A DNA stretch of 64,000 bases, from positions 372,001 to 436,000 of the forward strand of contig NIVC01000421.1 in assembly GCA_002269645.1 (NCBI GenBank), read 5' to 3'. The DNA is from Macrostomum lignano. Lineage: Eukaryota. Shown here piece after piece: positions 37,001 through 47,876 of this stretch. Position 1 is the stretch's first letter; the number at the start of each line of letters is the position of its first letter. Both the position numbers and the translations under genes were made by a program. The notes beneath the pieces are model-generated. The model had not been told where the DNA came from, did not search any database, and saw only the letters and a program-made list of their open reading frames with translations.

Positions 37001-38914
37001 CCAGCCACTGCGACCTCCGGCGGAACGATGCTGCGGACGTCACCGCCAAGACCGCGGCCGGCCTCCCCCAGGACGAGACGCCGATCGGCTTCGGTTCTGC
37101 ACGGGCCGCCCTCCGCCGGGTCCTCGCCGAGCGCACCCGCGAAGCCAACGTGGCCGACCCGCACTGCGCCACCCACCGTCTGGCAACCGCCATCGCCGCC
37201 CCGCGGCCACGCCTAAACCGGGCCGACGCGGTGACCCTCGCCCAGCTGCGCACGGGCCACTCACCGCTCCTGCGCTGGTATCGGCACCGGATCGGCCTGG
37301 ACACCGCCGCCACCTGCCCCCGCTGCGGGGCCGCCGACGAAGACGTGGCCCACGTCCTCCTGCACTGCCGGGCCCTTGACGACCTTCGGGCCCGCATCCT
37401 TGGGCCAAACCCGTCCCTGGCCGTCCTCTCGACGGACGGCCTCCGCGCGCTCGATTTCCTCCGCACGGTAGGGGCGCAGACACGCCCCCCGGATCCTACC
37501 GGCCGGGAGTAACAACAACAACAACGTCGCCTGATTGGATTGTCACGCTCTCATTCGGCCGATTCGAGACTTCAAGAAGATTCCTCCGGAAAAGAAAAGA
37601 AGAAGATTTGAAGAAACGAGCTCGGAGAACCTGCACTACACAGAAGAGGAGCCCGCAACAGTAAGTGATCACTTTATTTTGTTCCCAGGCTTAAGTGTCT
37701 GGAAGTGGGAGTTTTCGGGAGACTGATCACCTCCCGAATCAACTCTTCACTAGGCTGAGTTTCGATCGTCTGTCTAACTCTGACCTCTCTCCTTTACTGC
37801 TCTCTTATTGGCTGAGCTAGATTGGGCCTGCCCCCTAGGCTGAGCTTCGTCCGTCTTGCATTCACCTGTGTACGGGCTACATCGAGTTAAATGTTCACTT
37901 TTAACTCAATATGCTCTTGAGGTCGCAAACCCAAGTAAGGAAAGGTAATTTTAGCTGCCACATTAAATTTAAATGTAAGTGACTGCGCAGACAAACTACT
38001 GAATAAAAAGTAGAAACTCTGCTTTTTTACAGATTTAATTACGAGTGATATGCAAGTTCATATATATGTGGTGTGGTAGGGACAGGATTCGTTTGTTCGA
38101 GCTATTTCAACTCTGATATAAAAGACACTCACTTTCAATTTTCTCGTCCTTGGTCAGCTTGGAATGGTAGATCATTGCGACCGAGAATTCGTAGAAATCG
38201 ATCACCTGATTGCCGTCCAAGTCTAGCATGTTAAACACAGTGTTCCAGGCTTCTCTTCTCTCTCTGGAGTCAAAAAAAGGTTATGTGAGCGGAAAGTTAT
38301 CTCTCTATTTATCGATTCATTGGAAATTTCCATAGAACTTTTTTCCGTTTTTCTCGAAGTTCCATTAGACTGTTAAGTCAATTACCTTAAGTACATGTAC
38401 AACACACGTGTAGTTAATAACCTTAAATACTCACTTGCTGATCTCGCCCATTCGACTGACAAATTGATGAAATTCCTCTCTAGTTATTGTGGTACCGCAG
38501 CCAAGATCCACAAAAGATTTTAGTAGATCTTTCGTTGTGCTGGAAGACACTGCAAGAGTAGAGTGACGTAATAGAATGTGACTATAGGTAGCTACCCAGA
38601 AAGTTGGGCTTTCGCGTTAAAACAAAAGAATCTTAACGGAAAATCGTTAAACGGCACTAATCCGATACATGTACGTTGACTTAAAAAGTGTTTTTAATTT
38701 TCTATCAAACCGTTGTAAAAGTCTCTTTAAGACTGATTTACTATTTAATTATTTGATTTGCTCATTTCGTCAAGAAAATGCTAATTATATGGCGCCCTGG
38801 AGGGCGGCTCTTGGATAGCAAATTATAAAATTGCCAACAAAGAATTGTTTTTAACTTACAGTTAAGCTTCTTGCTAACTCGTTCCACATCATCCTTTGAT
38901 ACGTTGGTGCCCAT
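34070..38914 (-). CDS. N-myristoylated neuronal calcium sensor (recoverin/frequenin)-like EF-hand protein, 189 aa
   Basis: Exons 38914-38860, 38549-38435, 38263-38133, 34430-34285 and 34192-34070 join in frame. N-terminus MGTNVSK. Canonical EF loops DLDGNQVIDFYE and DFDKDDKISYEE, with the linker LTKDEKIENIFRMVD. The last acceptor is less certain. Not visible in the ORF track as a whole. Confidence 0.85.
34781..37749. mobile_element. Solo-LTR-like element (~1.04 kb once the LINE is removed) in NCS intron 3
   Basis: Termini TGTAGAG...CTCTTCA; 4-bp TSD CTAG at 34777-80 and 37750-53; inserted between units of an ~83-bp tandem repeat. TATAAATA at 35112. Confidence 0.7.
35604..37525 (+). mobile_element. 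5'-truncated I-group non-LTR retrotransposon (partial RT + RNase H + CCHC finger), young insertion
   Basis: Uninterrupted ORF with GLPQGSVLAP, YADD, LLGVHLD, RNase H TDGS/RAEE/TDSQS/NDAAD and CPRC-x8-H-x4-C. (CAA)n tail. TSD (AC)GTCGCCTGAT at 35592-35603 and 37524-37535. Confidence 0.95.
37901..38015 (+). repeat. Dispersed-repeat fragment (TTAA-C terminus), homologous to 62515-62633 on the - strand
   Basis: Shared TTAAC(T/C)C.ATATGCTC.TGAGG...AAGGAAAGGT.ATTTTAGCTGCCACATTAA...CTGCGCAGACAAACTA. Confidence 0.65.
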
Positions 38915-41689
38915 GCTTTTCTATTGTGTATAACTCTTATAAATTGAATTTAGTTTTTGGACTCTGCGTTGAGCTTGCTAAATACCTGGAAAATTTGGGG
39001 CTCGAGTTTTCAAATTTTCGAAAGCCACAGGCTAAAAAATAGAACAGCAGATGAACAAGCGACCATTTTAAATGCAGACCAGAATTTGCAGAGACCTGAG
39101 ACAGCTTCTATCGGGAGCTGCACGCGCAAAAAAAAGTAGAGAGGATAGAGAGGTGAAAGAGAGTTAGAGAAAAACAGAGCAGCATTGCTGTACTTGTGTT
39201 GCAGATGTACATGTGTTCATATTGTGAGCCAAAGTCAAGCCTCAGCTCACCCATCCCAGCTTACAGTGTGTGAGTAATTTGCTCAGTTCACTGAGCTGTG
39301 ATTCCACGCTTATTTTCTCTTCCTGTCTTACCGTATATTGAGACTTGAACTGCGTACTCGGAACGAATTAATACACCGCAGACTTGCTGTTGTGTTGCGG
39401 CGGGACTACAAGATGCTACAGGTTGTTGTTGCACCAATGTTTTGCTTGCAAAAGCGTGTGCAACTTGTGCATGTGTTTGCGTGCAAAAATAGCTATATTC
39501 CAAAGATTAACAGACAAATCAAAAGATCACATGCATGCTAATGATTTTTCTAACTTAATGCATGCACACTCTACACTTTTGCAGCGATGAATGTTGATAT
39601 GGTTTAAGACATGGAAAGAAATGATGATTAAATTTGTCCTTGCTTTATAGCGTGATCTCCTGGTGATTCCTTTGTTACACTAGGATGATTCTCAAGTATT
39701 TCATTCGATCTTCGATAAATCATGCAGTCAGGGAAGTAACTCCTGCATCGTTGGTGCTGTCTCAAAATATGTAGTTACACAGAATAGCCCATTTGAAACT
39801 AATATCATATACAGCACCTCATGCGACAAATGCTACTTTAATAAGTAAAAAGTAGCGAACGTATATCTTATTTACAGGAATAGTAGGATTCCACCAAATA
39901 TGTTCTAGTGCTTGTATCGTTATTTTTCAAACTTAAAGTTTATTAAATAAATGTACGGACAAGTCTACATGGACATTCTACACATGTACATGTATAGCTA
40001 TGGTCGTAGTACTACTCGAGTCTTAATCTACTTTAAGTAGTAGAATGTGCGCGTTTTACCAGACAAATTTGCTTCATTTTTTGTAGTCGTATGTAGATTA
40101 TTTTTTTATTAGAGGCAGGGGGGTTGTGTGCACCCTGGTGCACTTAAAGCGACATAGGCACACAACCGGCGAGAGGCATTACTGCCCATTCCGCCGACTC
40201 CCCTGAGCAGGCATACAAGCGCGCGGATACGTACGCAGGCACACACTCACACAGGAGTGTACAGCGGCCCTAACTTTATATTATCGTTAGGCATGTACAC
40301 TTCACTGCGCCTTGGGGGGTTGGCTCTCAAGGCCGTTAATTGCACGAGCAGAGCCAAGCCGAGATTCCAGTTCAGCCGTCGTAATGTAGACAGATTTGTT
40401 GCTGATTAGTGTCACCAGCAGCTGCGGTACTCTATAAACACAATGAAACTCAATTCGACTGACTGTTGTGGTAATGGCTTGATCGAAGGGTATTTTTAAA
40501 ATAACAGACCAGCTTTTTGAATTTGGCAATAAAAATACATTTAAAAACTTTCTGCATCACAAATTTTCTAGAGTGTATAGCTCAAAATGAGTTAGGGCCT
40601 AACAACTCATACAAAACTACTGCCTTTATTCAGCTTTATTGGCTGTGGGACCATGTCGCCGAAGGCGTTGCGCACGTGTGCAGCCCTCCTGCCCTTATTT
40701 GGCAGGGAAATCGTGTTTTGATGGAGACCGCGCCTTGCCCATAACAATTTGGCTCTCACCCACCCACTCAGTTGATAATTGTTCCATTCAGCCCAACTTC
40801 GAACTCGCGGGATTTCTGTCGGGATGAACCGGGGGCGCAACGCGACTTAAGTGGCCATTTATCTTTTTCAAAGCAGAATTTCATCAAATAGCTGAGAAAT
40901 CTCGCGGGGAAATAAGCTGAGTTCTCATCTAGTCAAAGAAATAAATAAGGAAAAGTCACTGCAGAAGCAGAAACACACGGAATTGACTGTGCTGTTCCGC
41001 AGCAGGTGATGGCTTTTCTGGCCGAGGAAAATCGGCGGTGTCAAGTTGATCAAACGCTTAGAACAGCTGCCTCCTATCGGGCACCAAAAAGCAGAGGCCG
41101 ATTGTCCCGCTTGCAATTTTCCTTTTCGTTTATCATGCAAGTCGTTTCTTTTATTTTTGCCGAGGAAAAAAAATTGCAGCAAAGAAGTTTGCTTTTGGCG
41201 AATCCTTTCAGAGCTTCAAAAGCGTTGGCATCTGGCGATGCATCCGACACCATAATTTCTGAGCAGCTATTCTGAAAAACAAAAAGAAGGCAAAGGAAAA
41301 GCAAACTTAAAAGGAAAAACAGGGAAAATCTCCGTCCGAAAAGCAACTTGTTAAAGGGAAAAAATTCTAAAGATGGTGTGAAAGAACAACATTTTCTCTT
41401 CAAAGCGTCCATGAACCGACTGTGAGCAATCGTCGTATTGGTTGCTGGGGCCTATTGAACAGATGGTGGACTGATTCCCAAAAAGGACGTCAGAAAAAAA
41501 ACTCTGCAGCTTTCGTTTTATAGCGGAAACCTGGCTCTGCAGACAGTTTCTTCCTCAATATTCTTTTCAAAGTCAAGGTCTTCAAAAATAAGTGGGCCAA
41601 TTTTTGCGACTGGACTTGCGAAAATCGAACTTTCTGGTGACAGAGTGAAACAGGGATAGCCGATTTGAAGGAAGTGAAGGAAGGAAGTG

Positions 41690-41950
41690 GAGGTGAAACA
41701 CGAGTCACTTATTTGGAGTGACAGTAGAAGGGTGAAACACGAGTGACTTATTTGGTGTTACAGTAGAAGGGTGAAACACGAGTGACTTATTTGGTGTGAC
41801 AGTGGGAGGTGAAACACGAGTGACTTATTTGGAGTGACAGTAGAGGTGAAACACGAGTGACTTATTTGGTGTGACAGTGGGAGGTGAAACACGAGTGACT
41901 TATTTGGTGTGACAGTGGGAGGTGAAACACGAGTGACTTATTTGGTGTGC
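41690..41950. repeat. 38-bp minisatellite GGTGAAACACGAGTGACTTATTTGGTGTGACAGTGGGA
   Basis: Immediately 5' of the Dlx ATG. Confidence 0.92.
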
Positions 41951-42011
41951 TGGGAAAGTGCGGTACAGACTCACGCTGACAGTGGGAGTGAAGCTGATTT
42001 GGTGCTGAAAA

Positions 42012-45000
42012 ATGATGATTTCTGTATTAGGCGAGACTGCTGACGCAGGGTTGAAAATTCAGAAGCTGATTTCTCTTCTCAAAATGTCAGCCATTCAAGA
42101 ATTTGAGTCATTTTTTGGCTACGGAAACTATACTGGTAATTACCAGTACTACCAACTCCCAGAGATCAGCCAACAGCATCGGCAGCAAACCTACTATTCA
42201 TCTGGGCCGTCGTTTGCTAACTATCCGACTTACCAAGACCCGGAGAGTTTTCGACAGCAGCAGCAGCAGCCTCCGACGGTTCAGCAAGTTGGTGTTGATA
42301 AATGCTGTTACACCTTTGGTCCTACTGCTGCCGGAGATAAACAGGCTCGGAGCGTTGACGGTAAGAGACTGATTAATTTTGAGAGCTGTATTGTACATTC
42401 TATTTTTATATGAGTAGTATATTTGGAAGTAGAGTATAGAGTAGAGAAGTGTCTAAATGGCGTACCATGAGTTTGCCTGTGTGAGGTGACTGTATGGAGT
42501 TCCATGAGGTGACTGTATGGAGTTCCATGAGGTGACTGTATGGAGTTCCATGAGGTGACTGTATGGAGTTCCATGAGGTGACTGTATGGAGTTCCATGAG
42601 GTGACTGTATGGAGTTCCATGAGGTGACTGTATGGAGTTCCATGAGGTGACTGTATGGAGTTCCATGAGGTGACTGTATGGAGTTCCATGAGGTGACTGT
42701 ATGGAGTTCCATGAGGTGACTGTATGGAGTTCCATGAGGTGACTGTATGGAGTTCCATGAGGTGACTGTATGGAGTTCCATGAGGTGACTGTATGGAGTT
42801 CCATGAGGTGACTGTATGGAGTTCCATGAGGTGACTGTATGGAGTTCCATGAGGTGACTGTATGGAGTTCCATGAGGTGACTGTATGGAGTTCCATGAGG
42901 TGACTGTATGGAGTTCCATGAGGTGACTGTATGGAGTTCCATGAGGTGACTGTATGGAGTTCCATGAGGTGACTGTATGGAGTTCCATGAGGTGACTGTA
43001 TGGAGTTCCATGAGGTGACTGTATGGAGTTCCATGAGGTGACTGTATGGAGTTCCATGAGGTGACTGTATGGAGTTCCATGAGGTGACTGTGCATGCATG
43101 GAGTTCCATGAATGTATGGAGTTCCATGAGGTGACTGTATGCATGTTCCACTGATATGTCTGGGTTTTGACTGTGCATTCACCATAAAAGACACATGCAG
43201 CCAGTTGTATAGTCTAGCCTGCAGCAGTTCCACTGATATGTCTGGGTTTTCGTATGGTATTCACTATAAAGACACTGCAGCATTTTACAGAATATTAGCA
43301 TTCCAGTGTTCTCGGGTTGCAATATAACGGTTGCAAGACCAGTGAAAGTGACGAACTTTTGCAGCTGGAAACCATCCTTAATCAATGCCATTATAAGGGT
43401 TGCTCAGAGAGAATACAAAAGGTTAGCCAAATTCAAAAAGCTAAACTCTCCGTTCGAGCACTGCCATTGCAGACTCCGAGGCGGCGCGCACTACCGTTGG
43501 CGGGAAACACAAAACCGACATCGACTCGGGCGTCGGCGGCTACGTCAACAACCAGGGCCACCAGCAGAAAGCCAGGCAGCCGCGCACCATCTACACCCAG
43601 CTGCAGTTGCAGCAGTTGAATCGGCGCTACCAGCGCACTCAATACCTATCTCTACCGGAAAGGGCTGAACTAGCAACTAGTTTGGGTCTGACTCAGACGC
43701 AAGTAAGATTTATATCAATGGTACCTAGCCAATGGATTGCTATTCTTACTAATCTTTCTGCAGCTGTACTTATATAGCAGTTCAAGATGTTATTACGTGT
43801 AGCATTGCAAATGGATTGCAAGTATTTTAGGTTTAGGATCCGAAGTTCGACGAAACAGGTAGAGATGTAGATTTAGATTGTGAACATTTTTTCTATGATT
43901 TTTTACCAAAATACCTCGAGTGTTTTGGCTGTTGATATGCTAATTTTTTATCTACTGTACAGATAAACAATGATATTGTTAAGTTAAAAACACCTAGATA
44001 TAATAAGTTGAAAAAATTAGCTTTGAAAAGTTTTGAAACATTTTAGGACTATGCACTGTTCTGATGCCTCTCTCAAGCCCACATTTTGCAGGCTGATTGC
44101 TGCTGTTGTGAACTGAACTAAAAATTAATAATCCACACTAATGAGTTTACATTTTAAACTGGTAACTATTTTAACAATTCAATGTTTCTGATTTGTACAA
44201 TAGTCCCATCTGCACCCGTCTCACTCACCAAATTTAACTCAATAAGCTTGCTGTTTCATTACAAACTGGCATTTACCGTACAATAAGAGTTTATCCGTGT
44301 CACGTCTGCTTTGCTACCATGTATATTGAGGTAGCTCTGGGCTTCCTAGCTCCGTGCACACCTCTGCGGGCAAAGCAAACCAGGTTGACTTCAGTTTAAC
44401 CTCATGATGCAGACATGGCACGATTCCCTCTTCACTGTCGATTTTCTGCGATTCTGTGAGAATTAACATACCTACCTACCTCAGTTACCTCACTTTACAC
44501 CAGATGACCTTCAAAGATTTTGCTATACAGTATGGCTTCATTCCCCCCCTCTCATAAAGTTCCTTGCATTAACTGCAGTGTGCTCAATGTGAATTCCAAT
44601 TCTTAACACACCAGCACCAAAATGTGATAATCGTTTTCCTCTACATTCAACAACCACCCGTCCAGAAACTTTTATACGCTGCTTATTCATTTATATTTTG
44701 TTCACTCAGCACTTGGCCTGTGTTTTGGGGCTTGCCTTTGTCATGGTTCTATACAGCTGATTAGTGCCTTATAGCTTTTTTGGCAGTTATGAGACTTTAT
44801 GACTCCCAATTGAAAAATCGTTTCAAGACTGCTCAAAACTTCATCAAACCTCATCTCTATACGGATATTGTCTGTGCAGGAGAGGAGAGAAAATAAAATG
44901 GGTTTGGGGTAAACAAAGAAGGGTTGGGTTTAAGGGCCTCGCTAGAAAATCGATGGCTCTCCTTTACCCTAACCCTAAAAGCCTCAACACGCACAAACGG

Positions 45001-46392
45001 AGAAAGTAAATTGAAGCTAGACGATTGGGGTAAAGGGGTTAGAAAAAACAGGAGTGGAGGCGCCCAATAAAAATCGATAACTCTCGCACGCACTAGAATA
45101 AATTGGAGCTTAGCCATTTGGGGTAAGGAGTTAGAAAACACAGTGCAGACGCCCCTAAAAATCGATAACCCACGCACGTACAGGCGAAGAGATCGTATAT
45201 CGGGGTTAGCAGTGAACATTAAGGGTTAAGGTCAGTGCTGTTTGGGTGGTTCTCCAGAAAAAGACGAGCATAGTTTTCGCCGAGATTGTACGATTGGGCG
45301 ATGGTCGCATACTGCCAAGATAGACCAGCTATGTTTGTGCTAGGTCCTGAGAAAGAAGCACGCTTACCACCAGCTACTATAGTGTAGTGTAGGACAAGTA
45401 CATTAAATAGCTATATGTACGTACTGAAAATATCATGTACAGCATCGATTCATACATTTATGATATTCAATTTTGTGCGCATCTTGCGTGTAAAAGCATA
45501 TTCATGTTCGTCTTGATCGTGTGAATCCCCTTCTAAACACCCCTGAGCTTTGATAAAGCTATACACAGTATCTATACTCCTACACGTGCTAAAAAATTTG
45601 TGCACATCGGCTTTTCTGGCTCTGGCATGGCATCCCCACCCATATAAATTGATTTTTTCGCAGGTGAAAATCTGGTTCCAAAACAAGCGCTCGAAATGCA
45701 AGAAGTTAGCTAGACAGCAGCAGATGAAGAAGCAACAGCAGTCCAACGGGCTGTGCGACGTGAGCGACGAGGACTCGGGAGACGCTCGCAGCAATGGAAT
45801 GAGCGATGTGAGTTGTGAATTCAGACTTTCATTATACCCAGACAGAGCCGCCACATGAATTTGTGGCTAATGCATGAGAATTCGACGGTCTGGTCTTCCC
45901 GCTTTTCCTGCGATTCACCAAAATGAGGACAATTAACGAATTTATACGAACTTCAAATTGTACCCCACTAGTCAAACATTTGTACACACATACATGTAAC
46001 TAAATTTACATGAACACCCGCAGATCGCAGTTGGCAGGCTGCTCAACGCCACTAACGGAGTTGGCGGAGGAGGAGACGGTGGCGGCGGCAGCAGTGGCGG
46101 CTCTGACAGCGAAGGAAGCGGTCGGCACAATCACAGCTCTGCTGGCAGCTCTAAGCCAGAGTCCACCGAGTTTCCGGGCTCGATGTTTCGTCAAGAATTC
46201 ACCGTCGGCGGCAACTGCTTTTTCGGCGGCGCTGTAGCGGACGGAAGTCCTGCCGGTATCGACTTCGCCAGCGAAGATTCCGCCAAAGGCGAAGGATTCT
46301 TGCAGCACCTGTCAGCCTGCAACAATTACCACCGGCAGTGGGGATTCGGCACCGGCGGCTACAATGGTGTTGGCACCAGCTACCTGCCGTGA
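42012..46392 (+). CDS. Dlx: Distal-less (Dlx) homeobox transcription factor
   Basis: Exons 42012 (or 42084)-42360, 43473-43702, 45664-45807, 46024-46392. Homeodomain [43 protein letters not shown]|[14 protein letters not shown], with the conserved Q|V intron. Choice of start codon and last acceptor is uncertain. Confidence 0.92.
42480..43140. repeat. Near-perfect 23-bp minisatellite GAGGTGACTGTATGGAGTTCCAT
   Basis: Dlx intron 1; source of spurious - strand ORFs. Confidence 0.98.
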
Positions 46393-46619
46393 GTATTGAA
46401 CGCGTCTTGATCGTGTGGATTGCTTTCAAAAGCTTTTTTTGAATTTCACACCGTTGTAGGCTCGAGGCTTGAGCATGTGAAAATGAAACGCTAGTAATGT
46501 AACATCAATTAGAACTATTGTGAGCTACATTTAAATCAAAGACAAGACCTCTTGGACGTGGCATCTACCGGCCTTAATTAGAGACTTAAGAGTAAGCTAG
46601 CGGGGGTAAGTTTCCACCA

Positions 46620-46740
46620 ACAGACAGTGGCGCCCACCACCTAAGACACAAAAACGCCCCACCACCTAAAGACACAGTGGCGCCCACCACCTCAGACACT
46701 GGGGCGCCCACCACCTAAGACACAGGGGCGCCCAACAAGA
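46620..46740. repeat. Short ~24-bp repeat GACACAGTGGCGCCCACCACCTAA
   Basis: Four to five degenerate copies 3' of Dlx. Confidence 0.8.
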
Positions 46741-47876
46741 AACAGGGGACCACAATGACCTATGCAATTGAAGATTGTGTAAAAATAAAAGCGGAACTAA
46801 AGGCACTACGCCGCATTTGCTTAACTTCCGCTTAACTCGATTACATGTGCATGTGCTACATAATCGGTTATTTAATACTAACCATTATGATAAAACTGTC
46901 ATTTCAGCTTCTGATCCAGCTCTTGAAAAACCGCGACGTCCTACTAGAGCCGACCGAACGATCAACGAGTTAAAAAGAAAATAAAAAAACTGCTTTAACC
47001 ACCAACGCGGAGTCAATCCTAACAATTTGCTAATATATATTGCGCCACAAAACTAACAAAAGAACTCTTACTCAGACGTTTACTGTTTCGATTAGCACTG
47101 CACTGTCTACACACTCGATGCACTACGCTTAAGACAAGTTAACACTAACAGAATCAATATTTTTTATCAACATTTCTCTGTATTAATTGATAGAAGCAAC
47201 TCTTATAACTCTTTACCTGGCTCTGGTACACTCCGCACCTTAAAGCTACACCTAGAGAATACAAAATTATAATTCACTCACTTATAGCAGTGTGTACGCT
47301 GAATTTGTGTCCGCTTTTAAAAATCCACTCTGTATTTTTTAAACACATTTTTGTCTCTACAACAAGCTTTTTGTGCGTTCAAAAGCTTCAATTCGACACT
47401 GTTATTCTTAGCTATTTATATCTGTATCCACTATTGCGTCGACCGTCTACTCGTATTCAAAGCAATACTTTCAATTGAGAAAAAAGTTTACAAACAGTTT
47501 TAAAGAGTAAGAAGGTAAAAATAAACTAAATGGCAAACACACAAAGTTTTATTTGTCTGGCATATACACACTACGTTTTATTCATCATAATACTCATTTT
47601 GTATTATTCGATTTTGTTCAGAATCTTAGTATTTATTATTATGCTTATTGACGTACAGATTTAATCAAATCAATATTATTCATAGGTTAAATATCAATCA
47701 ATATTGATGAGGCTTTATATATAAATTAATTCGAATACGATTATAGTTTGAATGAGTGACCAAAATCTTTTAAAGTACATTATTCTAGCCAAGGGTTTGA
47801 ACTGGATACATGAAGTCACAGAGCTTGGATATCTATATTCAATAGATAGCTGCATCAGCCCAATTCAAGCGCCAAG

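Noticed and set aside
35554-37524. Overlapping alternative-frame and antisense ORFs in the LINE
   Set aside because: Expected from the scarcity of stops in very GC-rich DNA; no recognisable motifs.
37535-37726. IRDFKK motif resembling the RAD6 N-terminus
   Set aside because: Only a five-residue match inside the solo-LTR-like element; the rest is unrelated.
42308-43233. 240-280 aa ORFs in three frames
   Set aside because: They are products of the 23-bp array inside Dlx intron 1.
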